A DNA stretch of 62,668 nucleotides, filler included, from Dirinaria sp. TL-2023a (GCA_051941275.1; 38 parts of 38 records of this genome joined end to end with filler, not necessarily neighbours in it); one strand, 5' to 3'. Positions 36,593 through 49,561 are shown, counted from the whole stretch's first letter. Program-made: numbers and translations. Notes: generated from the letters alone by a model not told the origin.

Positions 36593-38135
36593 CTTTTCAT
36601 CAAGAGACCAGTAGAAGACCTTAGATATAGGCGCCCAAGAAGCAGGACTGACCGCAGTAAAAGTTGCAGGGAGGAACAGAATTGTCACTGTAGCAATAGC
36701 CTTCATCGCAGCGCTATCTTTTGCTGTGGAGACCGCGACGGCGCGGGAATCTCTCGCGATTTGCAGCATCAGCTTGTTGTCGTGGCAGCTTGCTTCGGCA
36801 ATGTCGTGGGAGGCACGGGCGATGGACATATTGCTTAGGCTGTTTTGCGACGAGATGAGATTGTAAACCTGGATATGGCTTAGTATCTGCTTTCCAACTG
36901 GATTGATAAAGTTGAGTGTACGGTTTGGACCTGTGCCTGAGTGCGCTCGGCCAGGTAGCGGCAACGGGCTTGGATCCCGAGGTACCAGCTTTTGGTGTCT
37001 TCGAGCTGGGAAAGGATAGCGTGTTGGTTATCGATTCTGGTCTGTCGTTCTTTCCGACTTTGTAGTTTCGCTATAAGAAGTTCGGCGGATGAGTATAGCT
37101 GATGGACGAGGTGGGCTCCGGTCTCTGCTTGTAATTTTAGATGGGCAAATCGGCTCAGAAAGCCGCTCAGGTCGCGGGTAACGTCTATCAAATTCAAACT
37201 CTTCCAGTCCTGCGTCGTACGTTCATCGAGTTCGTGTGGATGGTTAAATTGTCTCATCCCAGTGAGATATTCGATCTTATGGATTTGATTTTGGCAGATT
37301 TTGATGGTGTCATTTAAACCTTTGACCTGGAGCTCCAGCGCAACTGCAGGAACGATGAGAGGTCCATATGGCAAGGGCGACATATAGTCTAGATAATCAA
37401 ACAACTCTGACAACAGCCCTTCGGGAGCGAAGATCAGGGCTCGAATCTGGCCAGTTTTGAAATTGAACGTGAGTGCCATTGAAAAGCTTGAATATGATCG
37501 ATTCTGCTGAACGATAAATTCTGCATTTTGAATATGTTAATCGAGTAGAAGTTTTCCTGTGAAAGACTTACGTGCTTCCTCCCAATCCCTCCCAATCTCG
37601 TTTCGTGCCGATGAAGAGATATACCTGGCGATACCGGTATCAAAAACCGTAGGAAAAGCGGGAGAGATGTTAAAAGCCCCAGTTATGTGTTTGAAGAGCC
37701 TTCGAGAGACGGAAAGCGGTAGCTTTCCGTTTTTCCCAACATTAGGTGAGGCGAATGCTCTGTTACTTTTATTAGCAGCTACTTCGATTGCTTGGAGGTA
37801 TTCCTACACTACACAAACATCCCAACTAGCCTAGCCCTTGGAACGATACTTAGAAAATTGGTCGATGTTGGAGCCAATATCACAGACATTTTGGAGAGAA
37901 TCGAGATACTTATACACATCTTGTTCAGAATATAAAGACTTTTTCTCGGAGAAGAACTTATTGCTTGAAGCAGCTAAACCGGCATCGCCAGACGGCGCGC
38001 CCTGTTTTGGAAGTCGAATCAGTAATCTCTTTATTTGCTTTTGAGCATGATCTATTAGATACTTGAAGTTTAGAGCAAAATGCCAGACATTTTTCAACCT
38101 CGCCGAAAACACCCGGTTTCTCGCATAGCGAAGAG
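36593..38135 (-). CDS. Fungal CorA-like transmembrane-domain protein, multi-exon, partial
   Basis: TAKDSAAMKAIATVTILFLPATFTA CorA-type TM motif after a helical region. Confidence 0.7.
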
Positions 38136-38529
38136 NNNNNNNNNNNNNNNNNNNNNNNNNNNNNNNNNNNNNNNNNNNNTTAATTAATTAANNNNNNNNN
38201 NNNNNNNNNNNNNNNNNNNNNNNNNNNNNNNNNNNTAAGAGTGAAACTTGGAGCTTTTTAAAGGCAGCTTCAGGAAAGGCCGGTCATGTATCGATACCTC
38301 ACGCTAGTCGTCGTAATTTATTCTCAACCAAACCGCAAACGGCTCAAATAGGTAAGGCCTTACATGAGGTAGCGGACTTTACCTGATGGAGGAGGTACCT
38401 CACATTACTTAAAGCAAGGTGTTGCGCAGGTAGCTAGACTGGTTTACCTTATGGAACCTCAACATCCGTGAATGTACTTCTTCCCTTGACTCTCGGACCG
38501 CACCATACATACCCGAACACAGCGCGGTC

Positions 38530-39695
38530 ATGTCTGACCGAGAATTTGGTGGTCCGCTCCTTCCTCCGCAATCACGGTGCGCTTGCTAACAGTATCCTCA
38601 AGGCAACGATGACCTCTCCCTTCCAAAAGGTACATACATCCTATTCCTTACGCATGTCCCATCATTCGTCTCTCTTCTGCTCCATGGCTATACGCTCTAC
38701 GACACAAAACACGAGGAGAGAGCCAAGCCATGGATTTCAAGCGCCGCAATTCCTATTTCACGGGCAATAGCAAAAGAGGAAAATCACGCCAGCCTCAGGT
38801 GATCAAAGGCCAACCTCATCCCCTTCGACTTCTGCTGCAGCCATGGCCGGACCCTGGAGCCCAGCCAAACCGTTCCTTGACCGTGGATTGCTCGGGGGTT
38901 TCTGCACCTTCTATCTCAGCCGAAGCAGCTCTTGGCCTTGCCCATGCTATACCTAAACCCAGGCCAGCAAAACGCATAATCACCCACGATGTTCTAGATC
39001 CGGATATCCAAGCAAGGAAATGCAGAGGCCAGCTTCCACGGGGGAATAGAGCTGGACTGATTCCTGGTGGGCGAACATGACCCCTCGGAAAGAGTGCCTA
39101 TCCACGCAATCCAAACCCATGAAATAGACAACTTCACACATCTTCGAGCCCATTCCCCAAGAAGCACACAATCACAAAACCCACCCTTCCTCAAACCCTA
39201 ACTAACTCCGTCTCTCTCTGTCTAGCAACCGTCTCCAAAATAACCTCCGAAATCCTGCCGCAGGGGGAAACAATGACCAAAGACGCGCGCGACATCCTCA
39301 TCGACTGCTGCGTCGAGTTCATCACCCTCATCTCCTCGGAAGCGAACGAGATCATGGAGCGCGAGAGCAAGAAGACCATCGGCCCGGAACACGTGGGCAA
39401 AGCGCTGAACGATCTGGGCTTTCCGGAGTACGTCGAGGGCGTGCTGGCCGTCGCGAGTGAGCAGAAGGAGCAGTTGAAGGTACGTCCTTACACAACACTT
39501 TTTGAGTAGAGAAAAGGGGGGGAGGGGAAGAATATGATAAGTAGGCTAATATTAGAAACGGAAAACCCCCAGACCCGAGAAAAACGCACGACGAAGATGG
39601 AGCAGAGCGGCATGTCGCAGGAGGAGCTCGAAGCGGCGCAGCGAGCCCTGTTTCAGCAGGCGACCGAGAAATATAATCAAGGCCCTGGGGAGTAA
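38530..39695 (+). CDS. NCB2: Negative cofactor 2 beta subunit (Dr1, histone fold); exons about 38530-38551, 38603-38629, 39226-39479, 39573-39695
   Basis: MSDREFG..NDDLSLPK^ATVSKITSEIL...DARDILIDCCVEFITLISSEANEI...KKTIGPEHV; splice sites restore the frame (first donor uncertain by 3 nt). Confidence 0.93.
38681..39133 (+). ncRNA. Candidate structured intronic RNA in NCB2 intron 2
   Basis: Several long helices, including a closing stem 38753-38764 / 39116-39127 followed directly by ACA; the intron is 596 nt against 50-100 nt elsewhere. Confidence 0.5.
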
Positions 39696-39877
39696 GGGAG
39701 GCTGCGTGGGTGCGTGGGTGGGAAAGAGGAGGGTGGGTTGGTGGGGAGCTAGCTTGTTCATTTTTTTTTTTTTTTTTNNNNNNNNNNNNNNNNNNNNNNN
39801 NNNNNNNNNNNNNNNNNNNNNTTAATTAATTAANNNNNNNNNNNNNNNNNNNNNNNNNNNNNNNNNNNNNNNNNNNN

Positions 39878-41244
39878 AGCTAGCATCTTGGCCAAGGCGA
39901 CCCGTTCATGAAGTAGAATACTGCCTGTGGAGTCTGATGGAATCTTTGATTGGAGCAGCCTTTTGAGCGATGTAGCTTTGCGCAGCTCTGACGACGCTGT
40001 AGAGTGAGATGGATATACACCATTTGTTTGCACTCTGCTGAGTCTTCAAGAATGACGCATGCATTCGCTGGCAGAGGGGGACGAAAATAGCGCTGCAACA
40101 AATCACAGAAGTCTGTCCCAACGGAAGGTGCTAAGTTTAAGACGATAGGGTTAATAACGGGGCGAGCAAGACAAGGCTTTGGCACCGTAAATTTTTCGGG
40201 AGACGCAAATCCCATATTCGTCTTCAACTTTTTCGATGCTGGAATGGCGGTGGATTCGGCTTGAAAACGGCGTTTGATGGACCGCTCAAGCTCGATAGTA
40301 CAAGCGCTCCGTTCATTAGAGCAAATAGCCATGTTTTCGTGAATGATTGAGTCCACCAGAAACCAGGTCGGATCTCTCGAGCTAGGTGCATCAGCCAGTA
40401 TTTGATGGTTAAGCGCCATATCAAATTTGACTTGTGGCGAGGACTCCCCATCCAAGACAAAATGCTCAGCTTCCATCTTACAGTGTACTATATGCTCTGC
40501 ATGCTTCGTGCATGCCTTTCGAAGCGCTTCATACACTTGACGAGAAGCTTTGCCGATGATTTGATACTTTCGAATGTCCGCACCAGCTCTGCTCAGTGGC
40601 TTCGACTTCGCATGTAAAGATTTGTGAACAGTATGGCGAGCCTGCGAAGCTAGATCCCTGAGATCGTCATTATGCGCTCGAAGTTTAGCAATGTTCTCGT
40701 CTAGCCTGGACTTCGAAAAGCTGAAACGGAGCTTTTGACCAACATTATATTTCCAAAGCCTATCTCGAATGGACTTGGGCGTTTTCTAGACCTCAAGCTC
40801 GTCAGTGGCGTAACATATGTCTGGAAAGGACGGCATAGTAACCATTTTCTCATCTTTAACAATAGACATGAAACCCGCACTTTCTCCACTGATATCAAGA
40901 AGACGCTCTTCTATTAGAAGAATAGCTGTTGAACAGGCCCCCAGAGAATCACCAAGTAGCTGTGCAAGCTGCTTATCGAGCTCCTGATCTTCCCATGCTT
41001 TTTGATCGAGTGCATGGAGCATGTCAGAGGCTTCGTCATGATCGACAAACTCTTCTAGAAGGTTTTAACATTCATTACGGGATCTAGCTCTCTACGCACA
41101 CAGTTCCCGAGAGTAAACCTGAGCTTCCTTGGCGAATTTCGTATAGCGGCTGAAGGGGCCTAAGGCATTGTTGTATTGTCGAGCAGCCGCCATCAACACT
41201 GGAAGGACTGCCAAGGCCAAGCCGGCAACTTCCAAGCCCGACAT
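39878..41244 (-). pseudogene. Disrupted fungal gene with a HeLo-like/NLR-type N-terminal helix
   Basis: MSGLEVAGLALAVLP start typical of this class; reading frame broken into several pieces. Confidence 0.6.
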
Positions 41245-41518
41245 GGCCAAGAAATTGCGAAAATGGAATTCAGTCACGAAGCAAGATTAAACCAAGACAT
41301 GCGAATAGCGCTGGCTTTAAAGCAACATGTTCCAATCCGAAATTTTTGACTCTGAAAGGCGAATACTCATCAGCGAGGTCGAAGTGGGCGCTTCGTCCAG
41401 CCTTCCTCACCATGCTATNNNNNNNNNNNNNNNNNNNNNNNNNNNNNNNNNNNNNNNNNNNNTTAATTAATTAANNNNNNNNNNNNNNNNNNNNNNNNNN
41501 NNNNNNNNNNNNNNNNNN

Positions 41519-42314
41519 ATCATCGTCTACTCGTAAACAAACATAAATCGTCTTATCGACTTCATTCGAAAAATGATTCACATTGATGCGAAGCTTGTTC
41601 GTCATTTGCAGACGTCAATTGATGTAAATAGAGTCGATATCATCGATAAGCACTGAAGAGTTCGACACTTTAGTCGACTTCTTCGAACGTGCAGAGAAAC
41701 TCATTGACGATCGATTTCTGCTTCTGCTACGATTTCGCTGACGTCGATGTTGATTATCGATGAATATCGAGTTTTCATCAGCATCAACAATCTCGACAAC
41801 AAGCAACTGCTTCTTCAATGCTGATATCTTCACATCGCGATCTCGTACTATATCATTCTTCTCATGCAATTGATCGTTGAGACTCAGATTTAAAATTCTC
41901 TCTTGCTCAAAATCTTGTTTGAACATCTGAAATCTTTCTTGAGCACTCATGATCTGATTCATTGCATCGTCTCTCATTTTTTTCATTTTTCTTCACTCTT
42001 TTACACAGCGCAATGCTGCATCGCGTTTCACTCGATACTTCTTTATAAAATCGAAAATAGCATCGTCGTCGTTGCGAACTCAATGTTTCAATTGATCGAC
42101 ATTGTTTATGATTTCGAGAATGAGAGTCTGATCTGCTTTCGAAGAAGTCTTTATCGAATCATCTGACAACATCGACACGCGGCGATTTTCTGTCTTCTGT
42201 CACAAGTCTTTCATCATTGAGAGAAGGTTCTCATCGTCAATTGAGTTACTGACGAAGGTAGAAGTCTGACTCTGAGTGATCGAAACTCGAGAGTTTTGTA
42301 TCTGTCTAGACATC
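41519..42314 (-). mobile_element. Hypermutated retrotransposon gag remnant
   Basis: KSTKVSNSSVLIDD...IN*RLQMTNKLRINVNHF, a degenerate K.PDP...W...M..KL..N.DHF gag pattern. Confidence 0.7.
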
Positions 42315-42432
42315 TTGATCTTATAGGTCTTATATCGTAAGTCTTCTTATTATGAGGTTCTTAATCTTGCAATTGCTTGATCTACTCGTGCAACGCCGAC
42401 GAGTGCAAAGATAAGGGTGATAGATAGTGTAA

Positions 42433-42730
42433 TGTCAGGGTCTGCACAGCGCTCAATGGCATATGAGTACAAATAGACTAGAACACTATCTATGAAAAGG
42501 AAAAGGAAAAGGAAATCTAAATACAGATAGATTTAAATGTGGAATCGAAACAACACCGATCCGAGGACGCTAAACCTGATCAGGCAAAAACACAACACCT
42601 CTAGCAAAACACTTAGTATAGGCCTTTCCACACACATGTGATATCCAGGGACTCTGCTTCAGGGTCCAGGGTCCATGCAACTATGTGACCCAATCATGTG
42701 ATCAGGCTCATAGGGGTCTGGTTTATGACA
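42433..42730 (+). repeat. LTR related to family C (shared ends, different middle)
   Basis: First ~70 bp match 31914 onward; ends GGTTTATGACA; no TSD seen. Confidence 0.7.
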
Positions 42731-43626
42731 GATTGAACGATCTTAGCATATAACGTAAATCGATACTCAAATTTATAATCAAAATTATGTGACGAACATC
42801 TCGTCTATAAATAAAAAATCGACATTCTTGAATAAATTTACTCAGCACGATTATATCGATTACTTTTAATTCTTTGTAAACTCTCGCGAGAAAAATCTCT
42901 TAAACAGTTTTTCAGTCAAAAAAAAGACTGCGATCAAGCGAGATTCACAATTTTTGAGACTGAAGAATCAAATTTATCGATTTCAAATCGAGCATGTTTT
43001 TGTTTCACAAATCAAAACTGCTCAGAACAAAACTCGAATTTATCGCGTTAGTCTCACNNNNNNNNNNNNNNNNNNNNNNNNNNNNNNNNNNNNNNNNNNN
43101 NTTAATTAATTAANNNNNNNNNNNNNNNNNNNNNNNNNNNNNNNNNNNNNNNNNNNNTCATGATTTCGGAACACGATAATGGCGTCATCCTTGATTATTT
43201 GCTCTTGTCGCAGCATGATGAGGCTGCAGATATGCATGGGTAAAAGATCAGGTGACCTCTGACGTATCTCTGCTCATAAGGCTGGGCTTACGAGGCTGAA
43301 GTGTGCTGACGCCTGCCCACCTCTCGTCCTTGCACCTTTCACCTACATCATCTTTCATGTATCAGCCGTTCATCACCAGTGCCAATACATCGACAACAGG
43401 CTCTAGTTGTCAGCTGCGAGGTAAAACAGATACCTACGGTATCATGGCACTTTTTGGAAGCTAATGCTCTCCAGACTCCGGAAACGATAAAGCCCTGTTT
43501 TATCTTTCGCAGTGGGAAGAGCTGCGGGAAAATATATTTCCGCGGAATTGTTGAAATTCAAAGCGGACAGAACTTGGAGTGATAAAATCTAGATACTCCA
43601 GAGCGCCTCATATACTCGTGCCTATC

Positions 43627-44695
43627 ATGAATACCTTACTTGACGTTCAATTTGAAGTAAGTATTGGTCAATGAAGTGTTGGACGCACTAACAATATATT
43701 TGAAGAGACGGGACAAGCATCTAGAAGAAGTAGGTATCGACTGATCTAATGAATTCACTGTTAATCGTATACTAATTCCTGACCTAAAGATCCAATATCA
43801 GAGTTTTCCGGTAGTAAGTAGTGATCACTGATCTAGCAAACGCATTATTAATATATCGAAAGAAATTTACTTCGGGTCGGGTCCCTGTAAATAGTGATCA
43901 CTGATCTGGCAAACGCATTGTTAATATACAACAGGATTTTTAACATACTATAGAATAGAAGAGCAGCAGAGAGCAGAGCCCGGAAAGACTTCAATACCAA
44001 ATCGCAGTCCACTGCGAAGCGTCAGCTACAATTCCAAGGGCAAGATTTCAAAGTCCAAACGCGGTCTTGCCAGCTTCGTCAATGGCGTACGGCTCTCTGT
44101 AATTGCGGATACGGGTGCAACCAAAAATTTTATATCGAAAGAGTATGCAGAAGAGCGGCAAATGGTCGTGGAAAAGACCTCACACTCGTTCCAGCTGGGA
44201 AATTCCAGCGTCGTCAAATCAATGGGTACGGTCGTAGTTGATTATGCATTCGCAGAGGAGCCGTCGAAGATATACAAGCTCGTTTGCCACGTTCTTCCGC
44301 AGTGTACCTATGATCTGATTCTCGGCAACGCCTTTCTTCTTGACACAGAGACGCTATCTAAACATCGACGCCGCTTGACTGAATGTCTTTTTTCGGTCTT
44401 CAACATGTTTCACTTGAGCTTTCTGGGCAATGATTGTCAATTGCTCAAGGGGAAATTAGCCGATTAGTATCCTGCCTATGCCCTCCCGGATACCGGTGCT
44501 GAAAGGAATGTTATGGACTTGAAGTATGTATCCCATACGCATAGGCCGTTCCATATTTGGAAAAGGTTGCTAATTCGTCTTGCATGATAGCTTTGCCCTG
44601 CAGCATGGCCTTAAAGTTCGTCAAGAGTCAAGGCATCGTGGCTGCCTACAGTTTGCGGATGGCACGATCCAGGAAACAGTCGGCAAGGTACACAC
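43627..44695 (+). pseudogene. Intron-containing gene with two retropepsin-like aspartyl protease domains; premature stop at 44465
   Basis: VIADTGATKNFIS, DLILG and ALPDTGAERNVM motifs; intron starting about 44524; upstream micro-exon-like blocks. Confidence 0.7.
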
Positions 44696-45514
44696 NNNNN
44701 NNNNNNNNNNNNNNNNNNNNNNNNNNNNNNNNNNNNNNNTTAATTAATTAANNNNNNNNNNNNNNNNNNNNNNNNNNNNNNNNNNNNNNNNNNNNGCCGC
44801 CGCTAAACCCCTATGTCCCAGCTCCTCGAAACCCCCAAAAAAAGCCATCAACAAAACAACAACATCCTAAAGCCCCGACAACTTACCCGTTCATTCATGA
44901 AAGCCACAAAATACATGTATGTTGAATTCTCCACCCCAAAAATCCCCCCCACAATTTTCCATATCCTAGTTTCATGTAATTAAAAAAAGCGCTGAAAACA
45001 AGGAAGATTCAAAAACGACGTGAGCATTTATTTATGCTCGTAGGTAGAGGATGTTGGATGACGGTCATATAAGGGGACGTTTCTTTTCTTTTTATTTGGG
45101 GCGTGTGGTTTGTAGGGGTGTGAGCAAGAGTAGGTAGGAAGGGAAAAGAAGAAGAAAAAAGTTTGATCTCTGAAGTGAACAGGAAACAGTGGTGTTCCAC
45201 TCGAGTAACGAAATTTGAAATCCTAAACTCCATGCGCGATGAAGACATATTTTTATACATCAGCTTTCTCTCGAACCGGATCGAATCCAATGGCGTTTTT
45301 CAGGAATCCGGTTTGGATGATTGATCTATCACTCCCAAAAATATTTATCTCAAACGATAAGTAAGATATGACCCAAAAAAATTCGATGAACGAAGAAACA
45401 AGCGGATCAGATCGCTTGGGAAATATAAGACACCTTTTTCTTTTCTTTTTTTTTTTTTTTGGTATTTTTTGAATCGGTTTGCTATGCTACGAGTTATATC
45501 CCTCCCTCCAACAC

Positions 45515-45732
45515 TGTTATGACGCTCTAGATATATGGCATTGTTCTACCGTGTAGTTACTAAGGTATACAGATTGCCTGCCGTAGCAGGCCTGTGTGAC
45601 TGCCTTCCCGGCCTTATGGCGTCGGGTCACTCTAGGCCGCCACCTTTAGTTAGCATTATTTCTGCCTATATAAGGTAGGTCCTTCCATAGCATCAATGGA
45701 ACTCAGACTTGTATTCCTCCAACACCCTCACA
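45515..45732. mobile_element. Possible solo LTR
   Basis: TG...CA ends, imperfect TSD AACAC/AATAC, internal TATATAAG; no second copy in the window. Confidence 0.45.
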
Positions 45733-47415
45733 AATACCTGATAAAGAACGTTTTTTGTGGACACTGTCTGTGTGTCTTTTTCGACGACGAGTCCAGCTCA
45801 CAATTTTATTTCTTTATTTATTTTCTTTTGAACACGTGTTGCTTGCTTCAGATCATCAATGCATGCATGCCCCCGACCTTAGACTGATAAGGTAGATATA
45901 CAACTGTTCATTACGTATTGTTAATACTATAGCTCAGCTTTTCTTAGCACCAGTACCCAAATATTCGATACACCCCCTCAATACTTGTGCTATGGCTCCA
46001 TGGTAAAGATCTTTTCGCGAATTATTATTATTCATTTGGTTTTGAAATAGCTGCTCCTTATATCTCTCTCGCGCGCGCGTATATCATGATTTAAACCCAA
46101 CCAGTCTCAGAATATCTATAATTCGGGTTTTGGGGGTATATTCTTCTTCTCAAGTAACTCGCTCGATTATGAGATATGTTTCTCATTATTGCCTTTTCAA
46201 AAATTGACGTTGTCTCTCGAAAAAAAAAAAGAAAAGAAAAAAATTTCACGAAGGCAATGATAATGTCAAACCATCGATTGAGACAGAGGCGTTGTTCGAT
46301 TATCGTTTGCGAGGGATATATCGTGGGGGGGNNNNNNNNNNNNNNNNNNNNNNNNNNNNNNNNNNNNNNNNNNNNTTAATTAATTAANNNNNNNNNNNNN
46401 NNNNNNNNNNNNNNNNNNNNNNNNNNNNNNNACACAGACTGAGATCGAAGCTATCTCAATAAAAACAAAATAATGTTATGCTGAGTGAGAAGCTTGATCT
46501 TTCAGAAAATGGATCATTTGTCGATTCAATTTTCGATTTCGCTGCTTTCAGCGATTTCTCTGTCATTTTTTCTTCTACGCAGAAATGAGAAACTAAGACT
46601 CAAGAGATTGTGAGATATTTCTGTAATGTTTATTCTACGAATTATTATGTCGTAGATATTTACAGTATTTAGTTATCTTAGTCATTGTCGTCAGTTTTTC
46701 CCATTCAGTCAGAGATCATCATCTGTGCTTATTGCAGAAGAATAAATAATACATTCGTGATTCTGATTTCGTTTCTAGAGTCAATAGATTCAAGAAATAG
46801 AATTTTTAAAGTTGATAAATATCTTCAATCTCGAACTCACGACTTCGTCAAAATTGATCAATGATTTGTCAATCGTTGACTAATCATTGATATATTTTAA
46901 AATTTGCACAACTGCAATTCATTCGCTTGCTCACGCAATTGTCAAAAAATAACGTCGAGAATTCTTAAATGAGATGACACTATTTCAATCAGTAAACAAC
47001 GACTGCCAAATCATAATCAAAACTTAAAAGGTTTAGCGTCGATAATAGTTTTACTTCAATAGAACAACGAGTAAAAAATTTAAATACAACGAATTTTCAT
47101 CGAATATACATAAATAGTTTGATGATTTTAATTTCAAAAATATTCTATAAAATGCAAACGATTGTTTTACTAATATACAATCGTCGAGAAACTAAAATAT
47201 TATTGAAGTACTTTTAGTAATCAACTGTAAATTTACTAAAGAAATTTTTACTCACAGTAAATATCAAAATTTTTCAGACAATCAACGACAAAAAAACTGT
47301 TTGTAAAAAGAAGTTTAACGAATAAATACTAGTTTCGTACTTGAAATAGAAGATTTGTCATTAAATAGCTGTAAAATAACTTATATTTTATGGCTCAAAA
47401 TAAAGTTAGTAGGGC

Positions 47416-47967
47416 ATCAAAGAACGAGTGTCTTCGAGATGATATGACGATATCACAACAAGATACAAGTTACTCTGAGCAGTAGATAGCTATTGCAAAG
47501 ATGTTAAACACGATGCTAGAAGAGCGTCGTGTTAAAGATCTATATATACAATGAAATTTCTCATGCTCACGATACTCAATCATCTGAGCATTCTGAGCAT
47601 TATGAAGCTCAATTGTCTGAGCATCTTGAGCATCTCTGTTTATTCTGCTCATTATGTCGAGTTTCATGAGTCACTGCTCACTCTGTTTTTTATGTCGAGC
47701 TTTATGAGTCACTGCTCAATAGTCTTGACGTCATGAGCATCGACTTGACATGCTTTCTGATTCGACTGAGTGCGTATATAAAATCACGTCAGTCTGACTC
47801 GTAACATCATTCTCTCTCTCTCTCTCAAGTTCTCGTTTCGAGAACATGATCTTTATGTTTTTTTTTCATTCGTCGTCGTGCTCGCGTTCATTTTTTAGAA
47901 AATAACGTCATCGTAATGCGTCTCTGTCGATATTGTTCAAAATTCGAGAAACGATGCTGTGTGAGCG
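47416..47967 (+). repeat. Second copy of the six-Cys repeat element (inverted relative to 20435-20984)
   Basis: Direct colinearity, mostly transition differences. Confidence 0.9.
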
Positions 47968-48604
47968 NNNNNNNNNNNNNNNNNNNNNNNNNNNNNNNNN
48001 NNNNNNNNNNNTTAATTAATTAANNNNNNNNNNNNNNNNNNNNNNNNNNNNNNNNNNNNNNNNNNNNCGAGCGAGGTCATCTGCAGAAAGAGACATATTT
48101 GTTCGACCCCATCAGATCAGATTTACGATCAAGGGCAGGCTTGATATTGCCGGAGATAGCTTAGTGTCGCTAGATTGTCAAGTACTTCATGGAATGAAAA
48201 GTGCACTATGTGTTACTTATACCCAGGGTTTTTCCAATTTGCTTTCGTTTGTTTACCTTCTACACAGGCTTTGCAAGTTTACCAGTTGCCAAGGCTAAGG
48301 AAACCAATGCAAGCGCAAATAGTTATAATGATAAGCGAACCGTTGGCAGTGATAAGCCGGGAAAGCGTCCTTAAAACTTACAGATGTCGACGCAACTTAG
48401 CGTCGACGGGCCCGCACTAGAACCATTCTGTCTTCAGGATTCGACACCTAGGCAAAGTCGACCACCATTTTCCACTTTGTTGTAGTTTGATTTTCCTCGT
48501 CCGCCAAGCGTCCTAACACCATTCATTGCCTTGATTCTAGCCTCGCCGCTAATGTGATGAAACTCCGTGCGAGTACTTAGAGATCGCTCCGTCCCTCTCC
48601 TGTC

Positions 48605-49561
48605 ATGTCCGCCTTCGAACCTCCTGAGAAAGCAGTCGCTCTCAGCGTTGAATCTACGGTACCATACATTGAGAAAGCCAACAGACCGAATATGGCGAAA
48701 CAAGTCTTTGAAAAGTTCGACGAATGCGAGCTCACTGATACCATGTTGAAGGAAGCAGCCCGGCTATTCAATGGAAATTACGAAGTCTGGGGAAGGGATG
48801 CTACGAACTCCAGGTCAACCCCAAAACCAGGCAAGCCACATGAAGTTATTCCGATTCTATCCTCTGACATATGGATAGAGACTCGTGTGAGACTAAGCAA
48901 AGACCGCCTCCGAGCTCAATATCTACCCCACAATGCCAGCTGCTCCTACGTGAGAGTTACTATTGAGGATTGTCTTGCGGGGAATGCTTTTGCCTGTCGC
49001 TGAAGATACAATGATAAAGTTGTGTGCTGGGTTACTCAGTTGGTTGTCCATAGCGACTTTCGGGAGCGTGAACTTGCAGCCAATTTGTTGAATCAGCTCA
49101 GGCAAGACAACGATACGATTTACGATCTTATGAGCTCCCATCCTGCTGCGTGCCTGGCGGCTGCAAAAGCATTTGGAAGTAAGAGGCTCACTACGCTATC
49201 ATACTGTGATTTTGAAATTTATATTTTTATAGATGATATCAACGCTGTGACCCTGGACTTCATTCGCGACAATGCAGATGCTATCATGAAAGTATCGCCA
49301 GTTGAGTATGTCAAGAACGCTAAACTCCGCGACAGCCTTTTCGATCCTCAGGACATAAGCGGGGCTATTTCGTCCGTTTATACTAAATTTTTCGTTGATC
49401 ATACTGAACCGCTTGAGGCTCTAGAATGAGTACGAGGAGGACTGTATTGGCCTCTTGAAGAATTGTTCGATGACTATGAGTTTCTCCTTATCATTGAGAC
49501 CAGACGTCGTGATCGACTGAGAACTCGTTCCACTTCACGGCCTTAGAGGAAAATACTGTAG
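48605..49561 (+). pseudogene. GNAT-like acetyltransferase-fold gene inactivated by G>A transitions
   Basis: AFACR*RY..VCWVTQLVVHSDFRERELA (motif A-like); in-frame TGA at 49001 and 49427; two apparent introns. Confidence 0.7.

Noticed and set aside
38730..39080. 116-aa ORF inside the NCB2 intron
   Set aside because: No motif, and NCB2 splices cleanly around it; better explained as GC-rich structured intron sequence.
39193..39206. AAACCCTAAC as a telomerase template or telomere seed
   Set aside because: It overlaps the CTAAC branch point of the intron and is a single unit.
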